From contig DATLTU010000014.1 in the NCBI GenBank assembly GCA_035533415.1, forward strand, positions 1 to 63,812: a stretch of DNA of 63,812 nt, given 5' to 3'. Source of the stretch: Candidatus Limnocylindrales bacterium (GTDB lineage: Bacteria; Acidobacteriota; Terriglobia; Acidiferrales; UBA7541). Numbering within the stretch: the first letter of the stretch is position 1; every line of letters begins with the position of its first letter. The position numbers and the translations under genes were made by a program. Below the pieces are notes generated by a model. It was not told where the DNA came from. It searched no databases and saw nothing but the letters and a program-made list of their open reading frames with translations. This document shows, in pieces, positions 30,326 through 38,631 of the stretch.

Positions 30326-31117
30326 ATGAAATCAAAAAAAGTAATCCCTATCACCAGACGCTGGTGGCCGAGGATGCTCGTGTTTGGATTTGGCATGTTC
30401 CTGGTTGCTGGTTTTCTCTTTTTCGGCGCTCATGCAGCCAGAGAGCAATCGGCGCGGGTATCTGCCGCCACCGGTTCCATCGTCGGAACAGTAAAGCTCC
30501 TCGGCCTACCTCCAGCGCCTCAAGTGATCAACATGAGCTTCGACCCCGTTTGCGCGTCGGCCCATAAGAAGCCCGTGTATACGCAGGAAGTGAAACTGGG
30601 GCCGAATGACGCGCTCGAAAATGTCGTTGTGTTCTTGAGTTCAGGACTTCGCAATACTGCATTCGTGCCGCCCTCGCGTCCTGCCGTGCTCGACCAAAGG
30701 GGATGCATGTTCGAACCGCACGTCTTGGCGGTCATGGTCGGCCAAAAACTGGAAATTCTCAATAGCGACAAAACGCCTCACGGCATCCACGTCCTGGCGC
30801 GCAATAACGAGCAATGGAATCAATTTCAACCCGTTGGCGGCCCGCCCATCGTGACAGCTTTTTCCCACCCCGAGGTGGCCGTTCCCGTGATCTGTTCGTG
30901 GCACCCGCTTCACTTTTGGATGAAAGCCTACGTCGCTGTTCTTAGCGACCCGCATTTTCAGGTCACGGGGCGCGACGGCAGTTTTGCCTTGGAGGGCTTG
31001 CGACGGGGGACGTACACGATCGAGGCGTGGCAGGAGAAGTACGGCATCCTAAAGAGGCAAGTTACGGTTCGCCCGGGACAAACTACCACCCTGGATTTTG
31101 TCTTTAAGGCCGACTAG
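30326..31117 (+). CDS. Cupredoxin / CarboxypepD_reg fusion, paralog 3 (variant copper loop)
   Basis: RBS GGAGGG. The N-terminus 'ITRRWWPRMLVFGFGMFLVAGFLFF' is a possible Tat-like signal or anchor. Motifs: 'QRGCMFEPHVLAVMVGQKLEILNSDKTPHGIHV', 'ICSWHPLHFWMKAY' (the loop is extended by PLH), 'GSFALEGLRRGTYTIEAW'. Confidence 0.75.
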   Translation: MKSKKVIPITRRWWPRMLVFGFGMFLVAGFLFFGAHAAREQSARVSAATGSIVGTVKLLGLPPAPQVINMSFDPVCASAHKKPVYTQEVKLGPNDALENVVVFLSSGLRNTAFVPPSRPAVLDQRGCMFEPHVLAVMVGQKLEILNSDKTPHGIHVLARNNEQWNQFQPVGGPPIVTAFSHPEVAVPVICSWHPLHFWMKAYVAVLSDPHFQVTGRDGSFALEGLRRGTYTIEAWQEKYGILKRQVTVRPGQTTTLDFVFKAD

Positions 31118-31267
31118 CTCCTTTGATTCGCCATTACAATGCCCTGCGTGAAATGGCGCGGCTTCCTGTCGCAACGGCTTGAGAGCGAAACGGCAAGCGA
31201 AACTCCCATCCTTCACCCGAACGGAATTGGCGTCCCTGCCGACGCCTTTTCAGAATATGATAGACAT

Positions 31268-31627
31268 TTGAAGAGAGCATCTATCTTTCTGGTGAGTCTT
31301 GTGCTGGCGGCCTTGCTGTCCGCTTGCGGCCGGGATCTCTCCAAGGAATCCGACGCTGAATTGGGTCTAAGTGCCCAGCAAAGCAACGGCCGGCGCATTT
31401 TTCAGCTCTATTGTGCTTCCTGCCACAACGCATATTCTTCCAGTGGTTCGAATGGGCCGGCCATGAAGGGAGTGTTCAAAAGTAAATATCTGCCGAGCGG
31501 CCTGCCCGCCAACGATCGGTTTGTGAAGCAGGCGATCGTGAATGGCCGCGGGATGATGCCCGCGTTTGGCGAGTCCCTCGGCCCGCAACAGGTTGATGAT
31601 CTGATCGCCTATCTGCACAGCCTGTAG
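31268..31627 (+). CDS. Monoheme class-I cytochrome c lipoprotein
   Basis: The TTG at 31268 gives (M)KRASIFLVSLVLAALLSACG (lipobox). It has 'CASCHN' and a distal Met in 'GRGMMPAF'. The track's longer N-terminus has no signal-like logic. Confidence 0.7.
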   Translation: MKRASIFLVSLVLAALLSACGRDLSKESDAELGLSAQQSNGRRIFQLYCASCHNAYSSSGSNGPAMKGVFKSKYLPSGLPANDRFVKQAIVNGRGMMPAFGESLGPQQVDDLIAYLHSL

Positions 31628-31865
31628 AACCGCCGGAAACTTCTCGCCGAAGAGAGAGAATGTCCGCATCGTGATGGAACCGGTTCGTACCAAGGCTTCG
31701 GTCCTGGAGCTACTCCGGCGCGTAGGGATTCATTCGACGGCTCGCCGAGCCTCTGAAAATTTTTTTCGCCGATGAAATGCCCTCATGAATTTCCACAATT
31801 TCTCAGAAATTCCCAATGCATCGCCTTGCAGTTGCGAAATATCCGCCTCGGCCCTTCCGTACTGG

Positions 31866-31881
31866 TGTGATAAGAGTCACG
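31866..31881. promoter_or_regulatory. CRP/FNR-like site TGTGA-TAAGAG-TCACG
   Basis: Read directly, in the 512-bp gap upstream of the decaheme gene. Confidence 0.4.
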
Positions 31882-32006
31882 CCCCTTCGTGACTGCAGTC
31901 ATTGCGGCCGCTGCGCCGATCGTGGAAATTTGTACTGCTTGGCCGAGGAGGGTGGCATTTGGAGGACATTCCGCAGGCGGCGAATTCTGTAAAGGGAATG
32001 CAGAAG

Positions 32007-32022
32007 AGTGACCACGGTCACA
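32007..32022. promoter_or_regulatory. CRP/FNR-like site AGTGA-CCACGG-TCACA
   Basis: Read directly. It is centred about 124 nt upstream of the ATG at 32139. Confidence 0.5.
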
Positions 32023-32138
32023 GTCAAAACATCAGATTTATGTATAAATTTTCGGTCGAAGGAAGTTTGATGTCGCCGACGTCGGGCCCTGATTGATGTT
32101 GAGTCCTTGAAGGCGCTGGAAGTTGCCTAGGAGGATAG

Positions 32139-33095
32139 ATGGCACGCGCTAAGACATTGGTGATTGCCGCTCTCGCCGTTTTTGCCTTCCTGCTCGTACA
32201 TCAAGCGTCCACGCGGGCGCAGGAAAAGCAACCTCCGGAGACCCGCGCATCGGTGGCGAATTCTTCTTCTCCACCAGCCTCGGCTTCGTCCCGGTATGCC
32301 GGTTCGGATGCCTGCAAGGTTTGCCACGCGGACGAATACGCGAGCTGGGAAAAATCGCCTCACTGGAACACCACGCTGAATACGCGGGGCGGCCCATCCA
32401 AGCAGGGCTGCGAAGCGTGTCATGGCGCGGCGGCCAGCCACGTCGCGGATCCCAGCGACACCTCCAAGCTTTTCCTTTTCGAGAAGGCTTCGGCCAAGCA
32501 AATCAACGCACGCTGCTTGGCGTGCCATGCGTCAGGCACGGAGCACATGCACGCGATCAATTCCTTGCATGCTCGGAATGGCGTGTCCTGCACATCGTGT
32601 CACTCGCCGCACCACGCCAAGGAAGCGCGGTTCCTGCTCGTTCAGCGCCAGCCAGAGCTTTGCTATTCCTGCCACTTGCAACAGAGGGCGCAGTTCGCGA
32701 TGCCGTTTCATCACCGCGTGAATGAGGGACTTATACAGTGCACCGATTGCCACAATCCGCACGGCACCGAGCGGCCTCACCAATTGCGCTCGTCGGCCGC
32801 TCAGGATGCGGTCTGTTTTACGTGCCACGCGGACAAACAGGGGCCGTTCGTCTTTGAGCATGAAGTTGTGAAAGTGGAAGGCTGCGAGGCATGTCACGAT
32901 CCGCACGGATCTCCCAACCCGCACCTGCTGAAAGTGAGCAACGTCAACCTCCTCTGCCTGCAGTGCCACACGACGTCGTTCGCGAACGCGCCCGGCGCGC
33001 CTTCTTTCCACAACCAGTCCACTCAATTTCAGGCGTGTACGCTTTGCCATACGCAAATTCACGGCTCGAACTTTGACAAGGATTTTTTCAAATAG
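32139..33095 (+). CDS. Periplasmic decaheme c-type cytochrome, MtrA/DmsE/MtoA/PioA family
   Basis: 318 aa, RBS TAGGAGG, signal peptide. There are exactly ten CxxCH motifs: CKVCH, CEACH, CLACH, CTSCH, CYSCH, CTDCH, CFTCH, CEACH, CLQCH, CTLCH. The C-terminal 'CTLCHTQIHGSNFD' is as in the DmsE family. Confidence 0.85.
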   Translation: MARAKTLVIAALAVFAFLLVHQASTRAQEKQPPETRASVANSSSPPASASSRYAGSDACKVCHADEYASWEKSPHWNTTLNTRGGPSKQGCEACHGAAASHVADPSDTSKLFLFEKASAKQINARCLACHASGTEHMHAINSLHARNGVSCTSCHSPHHAKEARFLLVQRQPELCYSCHLQQRAQFAMPFHHRVNEGLIQCTDCHNPHGTERPHQLRSSAAQDAVCFTCHADKQGPFVFEHEVVKVEGCEACHDPHGSPNPHLLKVSNVNLLCLQCHTTSFANAPGAPSFHNQSTQFQACTLCHTQIHGSNFDKDFFK

Positions 33096-35552
33096 GTGCT
33101 CGACATGAGAATTTCTTGCACTTTCTTGTTGCTGATCGCGTTGGCTCTGATCTCGGCGCCTCTGCTGGCGCAGCAGGACAATTCGGGAGAGACGAAGGGG
33201 GTCCAGTCCGGCGAGTACAATGTTCAACAAACCATCGAGTTCGGCTATCGCGACAGCATGGTCAACGGAAATATCGACAATTACGATACGTTCGAGAATC
33301 TCGGCTCGGGCATGCGCTTGTTTAATTACACCCTGGATATGCGCTCGCGCGACCACAAAGGTTTTCTCTTTGACAACCTAACCCTCAGCAACTTCGGGTA
33401 CGGCGGCGATCCGAACGATGTCACGCGCTTGCATATTTCGAAGAACAAATGGTACGAATTCAACGCCATGTTCCGGCGCGATAAGGATTTCTGGGATTAT
33501 AATCTGCTGGCGAACCCGTTGAATCCGGCGAGCTCGGTTCCGGCCCTTGCGATTGTCAATTCACCGCACGCGATGGATCTCGTCCGCAGAATGCAGGATT
33601 ACAGCCTGACGTTGTTCCCTGAATCACGCTTGCGCTTCCGCCTGGGATATTCGCACAACGTCAATGAAGGTCCGGGATTCACCACGCTCGACGGAGGAAC
33701 AGAACCGCTTCTGGCAGAGACCTATCACTATACGACGAATGCCTACCGCGCGGGTGTGGACTACAGATTCTTTCCCAAGACCACGCTATCCTTCGACGAA
33801 TTACTCACCTATTTCAAGCAGGACAACTCGGTGACCGACCAGAATTTCCCCTTTGTGCTGTCTAACGGTACTCCCGCGGACCTCGGCATCGTGTTCAATA
33901 CCGCAGGTGGCACGCCCTGTGCCGCGCCGATTGCCAATTCGCTCACCACGCCGCCCACCGCAAACGCGGCTTGCAACGGCTACCTTGCGTACAACCGCGT
34001 AGGCCGTCCGCGGGGATCGTTCCCAACCGAGCGGCTCGGTTTTGAGTCGAGCTATTTCAAGAATCTCGAAATGTCCGGCTCGCTGGGCTATAGCAGTGAT
34101 AAGAATTCGACTCTCGATTTCAGCGAAGTCGTGAACGCCTGGACCAGCCGGACCGTCAGCCGGGGAAGCACGCTTGGCGGGCCAGCTGACGCCAAGCGCG
34201 TGTCCGTCACTGCGGACTGGGAGGGTGATTATCGCGTCACTAGCAAGCTTCACATTGTCGATGAATTTCGATACGACAACTGGCGCATTCCCAGCACGTG
34301 GGCCACGGCCGGCACAAACCTGTTTGGGACGCCCCCGCCAGCACCCGGGGATGCCGGATTGTTGCTTCCCATTGCGCAGGTGAATCCGGCGACTTTCGCC
34401 ACGGTTTGCCCCGCGGCTCCGTACAATGGGCCGAACTGTCCGCAGCACTCTTCGGGTTCCGGCGCCGACATAGTGAATCAACTGGTTTCGCAGTTCCTGG
34501 GGCAGAATCTCAAGACGAATACGCTTGAGTTCGAGTACGAAGTCACGCGCCGCATCGACGCGCGCATCGGGTACCTGTACACGGCCCGCACGATTGCCGA
34601 TTTCAGCGCCACCTTTAATACCGGGGTGATCTATTTTCCAGGAGGATCTACTGGAGACGCGGCCAATGATTATCTGGCGGCGCGCGGCGATTGCGCCTTA
34701 GTTTCCGGCGCGCTTCCCTCCGTTTGCACCCTCAACTCAGACGGCTCGATCACGGAAGTCGGCCCCGTGGCGGGCAACGATACATCCCGAAACATCACCA
34801 ATATCCACGAAAATGCCCTCCTCTTGGGCATTTCCGCGCGCCCGGCCGATAAACTGAGGTTGAGCGCCGATTTTATGTTCGGCTACAACGACAATTCATT
34901 CACGCGCATCAGCCCGCGCCAACTGCAAAGTTATAGAATCCACGCGACGTACACTCCAACGCAATGGGCGAGCATTGGCGGCGCGATCGACATCCACGAG
35001 AACCGCGACAATGTGTTTACGGTCGATAATCTCGAACATGACCGGACGTTCAGCCTGGTGACCACGCTGGCTCCCAATCCCCGCTTCTGGGCGGATTTTG
35101 GCTACGATTACACAAACATCTCCACCCAGGCGGAAATTTGCTTTGCTGATCCCGGTTCGACTGTGTTCACCGCGCCGTGCCCCGTTGCCGGCGCCACGGG
35201 TCCGCTCGGCGCGCTTTCGTTTTACAAGAACACGGATCACTTTGTATACGGCGACATGATGTGGAAGCCGGTTAAGCGCGTTACGGCCGCGGTCGGATAC
35301 GCCGGAAGCATCGTGCGCGGCAGCACTCTTTTCATAAATCCGCGGCAGCCCACGGGGCCGCTCGATTTCAATTACCTCAAGCCCAACGTCAGCCTGGCAT
35401 TGGAGATTTACAAGAACACGATATACAAGACGGCATGGGGCTACTACGGGTACAATGATCGCGGCATCGCCAATCCCGTAGGGTTGGCGGCCCTTCCGTT
35501 GCAGGATTTTAACGGAAGCAATGTCACGTTTTCGCTACAGTATTCGTTTTGA
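33096..35552 (+). CDS. Large outer-membrane beta-barrel, MtrB/PioB/MtoB-like partner of the decaheme cytochrome
   Basis: It starts at the nucleotide after the decaheme stop (GTG 33096 or ATG 33105). It is 818 aa (PioB-sized) with signal peptide 'LLLIALALISAPLLAQQ', a Tyr/Gly/Asn/Thr/Asp-rich amphipathic pattern and a C-terminal 'VTFSLQYSF'. Family membership is inferred from context and composition. Confidence 0.65.
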   Translation: MLDMRISCTFLLLIALALISAPLLAQQDNSGETKGVQSGEYNVQQTIEFGYRDSMVNGNIDNYDTFENLGSGMRLFNYTLDMRSRDHKGFLFDNLTLSNFGYGGDPNDVTRLHISKNKWYEFNAMFRRDKDFWDYNLLANPLNPASSVPALAIVNSPHAMDLVRRMQDYSLTLFPESRLRFRLGYSHNVNEGPGFTTLDGGTEPLLAETYHYTTNAYRAGVDYRFFPKTTLSFDELLTYFKQDNSVTDQNFPFVLSNGTPADLGIVFNTAGGTPCAAPIANSLTTPPTANAACNGYLAYNRVGRPRGSFPTERLGFESSYFKNLEMSGSLGYSSDKNSTLDFSEVVNAWTSRTVSRGSTLGGPADAKRVSVTADWEGDYRVTSKLHIVDEFRYDNWRIPSTWATAGTNLFGTPPPAPGDAGLLLPIAQVNPATFATVCPAAPYNGPNCPQHSSGSGADIVNQLVSQFLGQNLKTNTLEFEYEVTRRIDARIGYLYTARTIADFSATFNTGVIYFPGGSTGDAANDYLAARGDCALVSGALPSVCTLNSDGSITEVGPVAGNDTSRNITNIHENALLLGISARPADKLRLSADFMFGYNDNSFTRISPRQLQSYRIHATYTPTQWASIGGAIDIHENRDNVFTVDNLEHDRTFSLVTTLAPNPRFWADFGYDYTNISTQAEICFADPGSTVFTAPCPVAGATGPLGALSFYKNTDHFVYGDMMWKPVKRVTAAVGYAGSIVRGSTLFINPRQPTGPLDFNYLKPNVSLALEIYKNTIYKTAWGYYGYNDRGIANPVGLAALPLQDFNGSNVTFSLQYSF

Positions 35553-35620
35553 AGCGAGGCCGAAATTCGATGGCGCGGTGTGGGATCATTCATAATCGGA
35601 AGCTCAGCAGAGAAAGGCGG

Positions 35621-35968
35621 ATGCAGATGAACTGTCAAATGGCTAAAATTATCCAGAAGGTACTTTTCGCGTGCGCGCTCGTTTTTTTCCTGAACGTATC
35701 CGCGCGAGCCGATGACTCGGCGAGTCTTTATAAAACAAAATGCGCCGTGTGTCATGCCGCCGACGGCAGCGGCAACTGCCTAATGGGGAAGAAATTGGGC
35801 GCGAAGGACCTGCGCTCCGACGAGGTGCAGAAGAAAACTGACGCGGAGTTGACCGCCGTCATAACCGACGGCATGGGCAAGACCATGCCGGCATACAAAG
35901 GTAAGCTGACGGACGCTCAGATCAAGGAGCTCGTCTCCTACATCCGCGAGATTGCCAAAAAGAAGTAA
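35621..35968 (+). CDS. Periplasmic monoheme class-I cytochrome c (MtoD-like position)
   Basis: Signal 'KVLFACALVFFLNVSARA', 'CAVCHAADGSG' and distal Met 'GKTMPAY'. The start is trimmed to ATG 35621. Confidence 0.75.
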   Translation: MQMNCQMAKIIQKVLFACALVFFLNVSARADDSASLYKTKCAVCHAADGSGNCLMGKKLGAKDLRSDEVQKKTDAELTAVITDGMGKTMPAYKGKLTDAQIKELVSYIREIAKKK

Positions 35969-36036
35969 ATCTCCAACGATTCCTTCGCGCCAGATCATTG
36001 CCGCATTCATTCCTGGCGGCGGCATGAGGAGGGTTC

Positions 36037-36654
36037 GTGACCGGATTAACGGGCGTACTGATCGCTCAGATTGTTGTTGCGATCGCATTGGCTTCCATTT
36101 TTTTCATTCGCCCATCCGTCACGGTGAGCCCCACCGGCAAGGTTCTGGCTTTCCTCGGGCTGTGCGTTCTTCCTGCTCTTTCTCTCATCGGCGGAATGAA
36201 CACTCACATCCAGCGCTCGGAGCAAACTCGCTTCTGCATCTCCTGCCACGCCATGGCTCCCTATGGGCGAAGTCTGTATGTCGACGATCCCAGTTACATT
36301 CCCGCCGCGCATTTTCAGAATCACCGAGTCCCGGCGAACAGTGCTTGTTACACCTGCCATGCCGATTACTCGATTTACGGACCCCTGAAGGATAAGCTGC
36401 AAGGTCTCAAACGAATCTACATGCAGTATGTGACGACTCCGCCCAATCCAATTCGGATCCCCGGCGGCTATAACAACAACCAATGCCTGCATTGCCACGA
36501 AGGCGCGCGTGATTTTGAAGAGAATCCCATCCACTCGGCGATCATGAGCACGCTGACATCGAATCAGATGTCCTGCATATCGAGCGGCTGCCACGACACC
36601 ATCCACAACGTCGCGGCGCTGAATCACGTGAAATTCTGGAGTCCTGGCCAATGA
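36037..36654 (+). CDS. Membrane-anchored NapC/NirT/CymA-like multiheme quinol dehydrogenase (3 CxxCH + 1 Cx4CH)
   Basis: GTG start with RBS GAGGAGG. There are two N-terminal hydrophobic segments. Heme motifs: CISCH, CYTCH, CLHCH and 'CISSGCH'. Confidence 0.7.
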   Translation: MTGLTGVLIAQIVVAIALASIFFIRPSVTVSPTGKVLAFLGLCVLPALSLIGGMNTHIQRSEQTRFCISCHAMAPYGRSLYVDDPSYIPAAHFQNHRVPANSACYTCHADYSIYGPLKDKLQGLKRIYMQYVTTPPNPIRIPGGYNNNQCLHCHEGARDFEENPIHSAIMSTLTSNQMSCISSGCHDTIHNVAALNHVKFWSPGQ

Positions 36655-36887
36655 CTTTCCGAAATCTTGGAATCAGGTGGTTTCTTCGAATCTCGAGTGC
36701 TCTGATCATTCTGGGCCTGCTCGTGGAAATCGTGAGTCTTTTGTGGTTCCATCCGCTGTCCTTTGTTCTCTTTGCCTTCGTTGGCGCTACCTTAATCGGC
36801 TCGGGGATTCTGGTCTATCTGGTTTCGCTGGTCCTTGTCGCGACGTCCCCAACCGGCAATGGCGGTCGAATCGGCCCTGTACGCTGA
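36651..36887 (+). CDS. Small 2-TM membrane protein, translationally coupled to the CymA-like gene
   Basis: ATGA overlap at 36651-36654. 78 aa with two clear hydrophobic helices. Confidence 0.5.
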   Translation: MTFRNLGIRWFLRISSALIILGLLVEIVSLLWFHPLSFVLFAFVGATLIGSGILVYLVSLVLVATSPTGNGGRIGPVR

Positions 36888-37071
36888 ATGGTAAGAGGTC
36901 ATCGCGCTCGAACACCATGGGAAAGCTTGGCGAGTTCATTGCTGCCCTCCCAAACCCAGCGCCAGCTGCGCCGGATCGGCTCGCGATAAGGGTGGCCGCT
37001 TTACGCCGGGTTTTCGCGCGGTGATGTGGTGAAGTCAGGCCAGGCGGTCTAATCATTCTTAGGAGGTTTCT

Positions 37072-37392
37072 ATGGGCGCTCCCTTGATCGGTATGCCTTT
37101 TCATGCTTTCGTCGTTCTGCTGATCGTCAGCGCGATTGCCGCTGCGATAGTCCATTGGGGTCTCCGTTATCGGCTGTTTCACGGAATGGATGGGTACTTC
37201 GGCCAGTGGATGGTCGCGTGGGTCGGCGCGTGGCTCGGGCCTGCGGTGCTGGGTCATTGGTTTGCGTCCGCCATGGTGGCTCACATCTACATCATTCCCG
37301 CGTTCATTGGCGCTCTTGCCGGCGCGTTTGGCGGAACATTAAACGCTAAGGTGCTGGCGGGCGTGACCTCGCAAAGGGGAATGTCTTTGTAA
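37072..37392 (+). CDS. Small membrane protein, possibly GlsB/YeaQ/YmgE (transglycosylase-associated) family
   Basis: RBS TAGGAGG. 106 aa with Gly/Ala/Trp-rich helices ('VAWVGAWLGPAVLG', 'FIGALAGAFGG'). Confidence 0.4.
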   Translation: MGAPLIGMPFHAFVVLLIVSAIAAAIVHWGLRYRLFHGMDGYFGQWMVAWVGAWLGPAVLGHWFASAMVAHIYIIPAFIGALAGAFGGTLNAKVLAGVTSQRGMSL

Positions 37393-37582
37393 GCATGAGC
37401 CACCTGGTTTTTGGACGTTCACGCTGTGAGCAATTGGCCACGCTCCAGGAGCCGGCCTCGGTGCTCGAACACTCCGCAGTGAAGAAGTGGGCGCTGGATC
37501 GAGCGGGCTACGTGTGGCGATTCTGATTGGCCGGGGCTGACTGGCGCAGTCTGCGCTGACGTTTCGACAAAGGAGGAGTCGC

Positions 37583-38269
37583 ATGATCACTGGCCGGAAC
37601 GCCGAGGCGCAGGTGGTGGAACCGCGGCCCACGGCAGCGCGGCTCGGAACGCATCGGGCAGCGTGGTATCGGCCGGTGAGTTGGCTGTTCGCGCGCCAAG
37701 CGGTACCTGAAGCGGTCGCGACGCGGATCCGCTTCGATGCCAGCCCGGAAGCGGTTTGGACTCGCATCATGTTCTACGAGGAAGTTCCCGGGAATCCGCC
37801 GTTCCTTCTTCGGACGGTGCTGCCCCGCCCCATCCGAACGGAAGGTGACAAGACTCGCATCGGAGCAACGGTGCGCTGCGTATACAAGAGCGGGGATTTA
37901 GTAAAGCGCATCACGGCAGTCGATCCGCCGCATTTCCTGCAATTCGAGGTCGTTGAGCAACGCCTGGGGGTCGAGGCTTGCGTCCTCACGCTTGGGGGTT
38001 CGTACCAAATCCGTAGCTGTGCCAATACAACCGACGTGCTGCTCATCACGAACTATAACGCCTACTTGCGTCCCCGTTTCCTCTGGCGTCCTTTCGAGGC
38101 GTTCCTCGTAAGCCAGCTCCACCGGCACATCCTCCGCGGCGTCAGCGCCGCAATGTCCCCTGGAAATCCAGCCACGCGTCCGGCTGTCGCGGAATCCCTT
38201 AAACCGCGGTGCGCCCCTCCGGGAGGCTTTACATGCACGGTTACGACGCAGTCGTCTTCCCGCCGTTAA
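37583..38269 (+). CDS. SRPBCC (START/polyketide-cyclase-like) superfamily protein
   Basis: RBS AAAGGAGGAG. 'FDASPEAVWTRIMFYEEVPG...VRCVYKSGDLVKRITAVDPPHFLQFEV' has the typical SRPBCC layout. Confidence 0.45.
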   Translation: MITGRNAEAQVVEPRPTAARLGTHRAAWYRPVSWLFARQAVPEAVATRIRFDASPEAVWTRIMFYEEVPGNPPFLLRTVLPRPIRTEGDKTRIGATVRCVYKSGDLVKRITAVDPPHFLQFEVVEQRLGVEACVLTLGGSYQIRSCANTTDVLLITNYNAYLRPRFLWRPFEAFLVSQLHRHILRGVSAAMSPGNPATRPAVAESLKPRCAPPGGFTCTVTTQSSSRR

Positions 38270-38631
38270 TCATCATACGCGCCAGTGTCGCGGCTGTTTG
38301 GCTATATGAGGGGCTATGGTGCAAGATCCTTGGCCGCGTGCAATCGCAAGTGGCCGTGGTAACGGCCGTCCCGCGGCTCGGCCTGCGGTTCGGATGGCCT
38401 TTCCTCAAGGCTCTCGGCATCATGGAAGTCGCCCTCGCCGTGTGGGTGATGGCTGGAATTGCTCCGGGCATTTGCGCGATTGTGCAGACAGCCTTGCTCG
38501 TCGCGCTGAATGCCAATGGACTCCTGTGGGCCCGGCGCATCATCCATGAGCCCGCCGGTATGGTCGTGAAGAACATCGCCTTCCTCGTGCTGGTCTGGGT
38601 GTGCGGCGCGATTCCGGGTGGCCGTCTGTGA
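38233..38631 (+). CDS. DoxX-like family membrane protein
   Basis: ATG 38233 has GGGAGG 6 nt upstream. There are four hydrophobic helices ('[18 protein letters not shown]', '[14 protein letters not shown]'). It overlaps the upstream gene by 37 nt. Confidence 0.45.
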   Translation: MHGYDAVVFPPLIIIRASVAAVWLYEGLWCKILGRVQSQVAVVTAVPRLGLRFGWPFLKALGIMEVALAVWVMAGIAPGICAIVQTALLVALNANGLLWARRIIHEPAGMVVKNIAFLVLVWVCGAIPGGRL

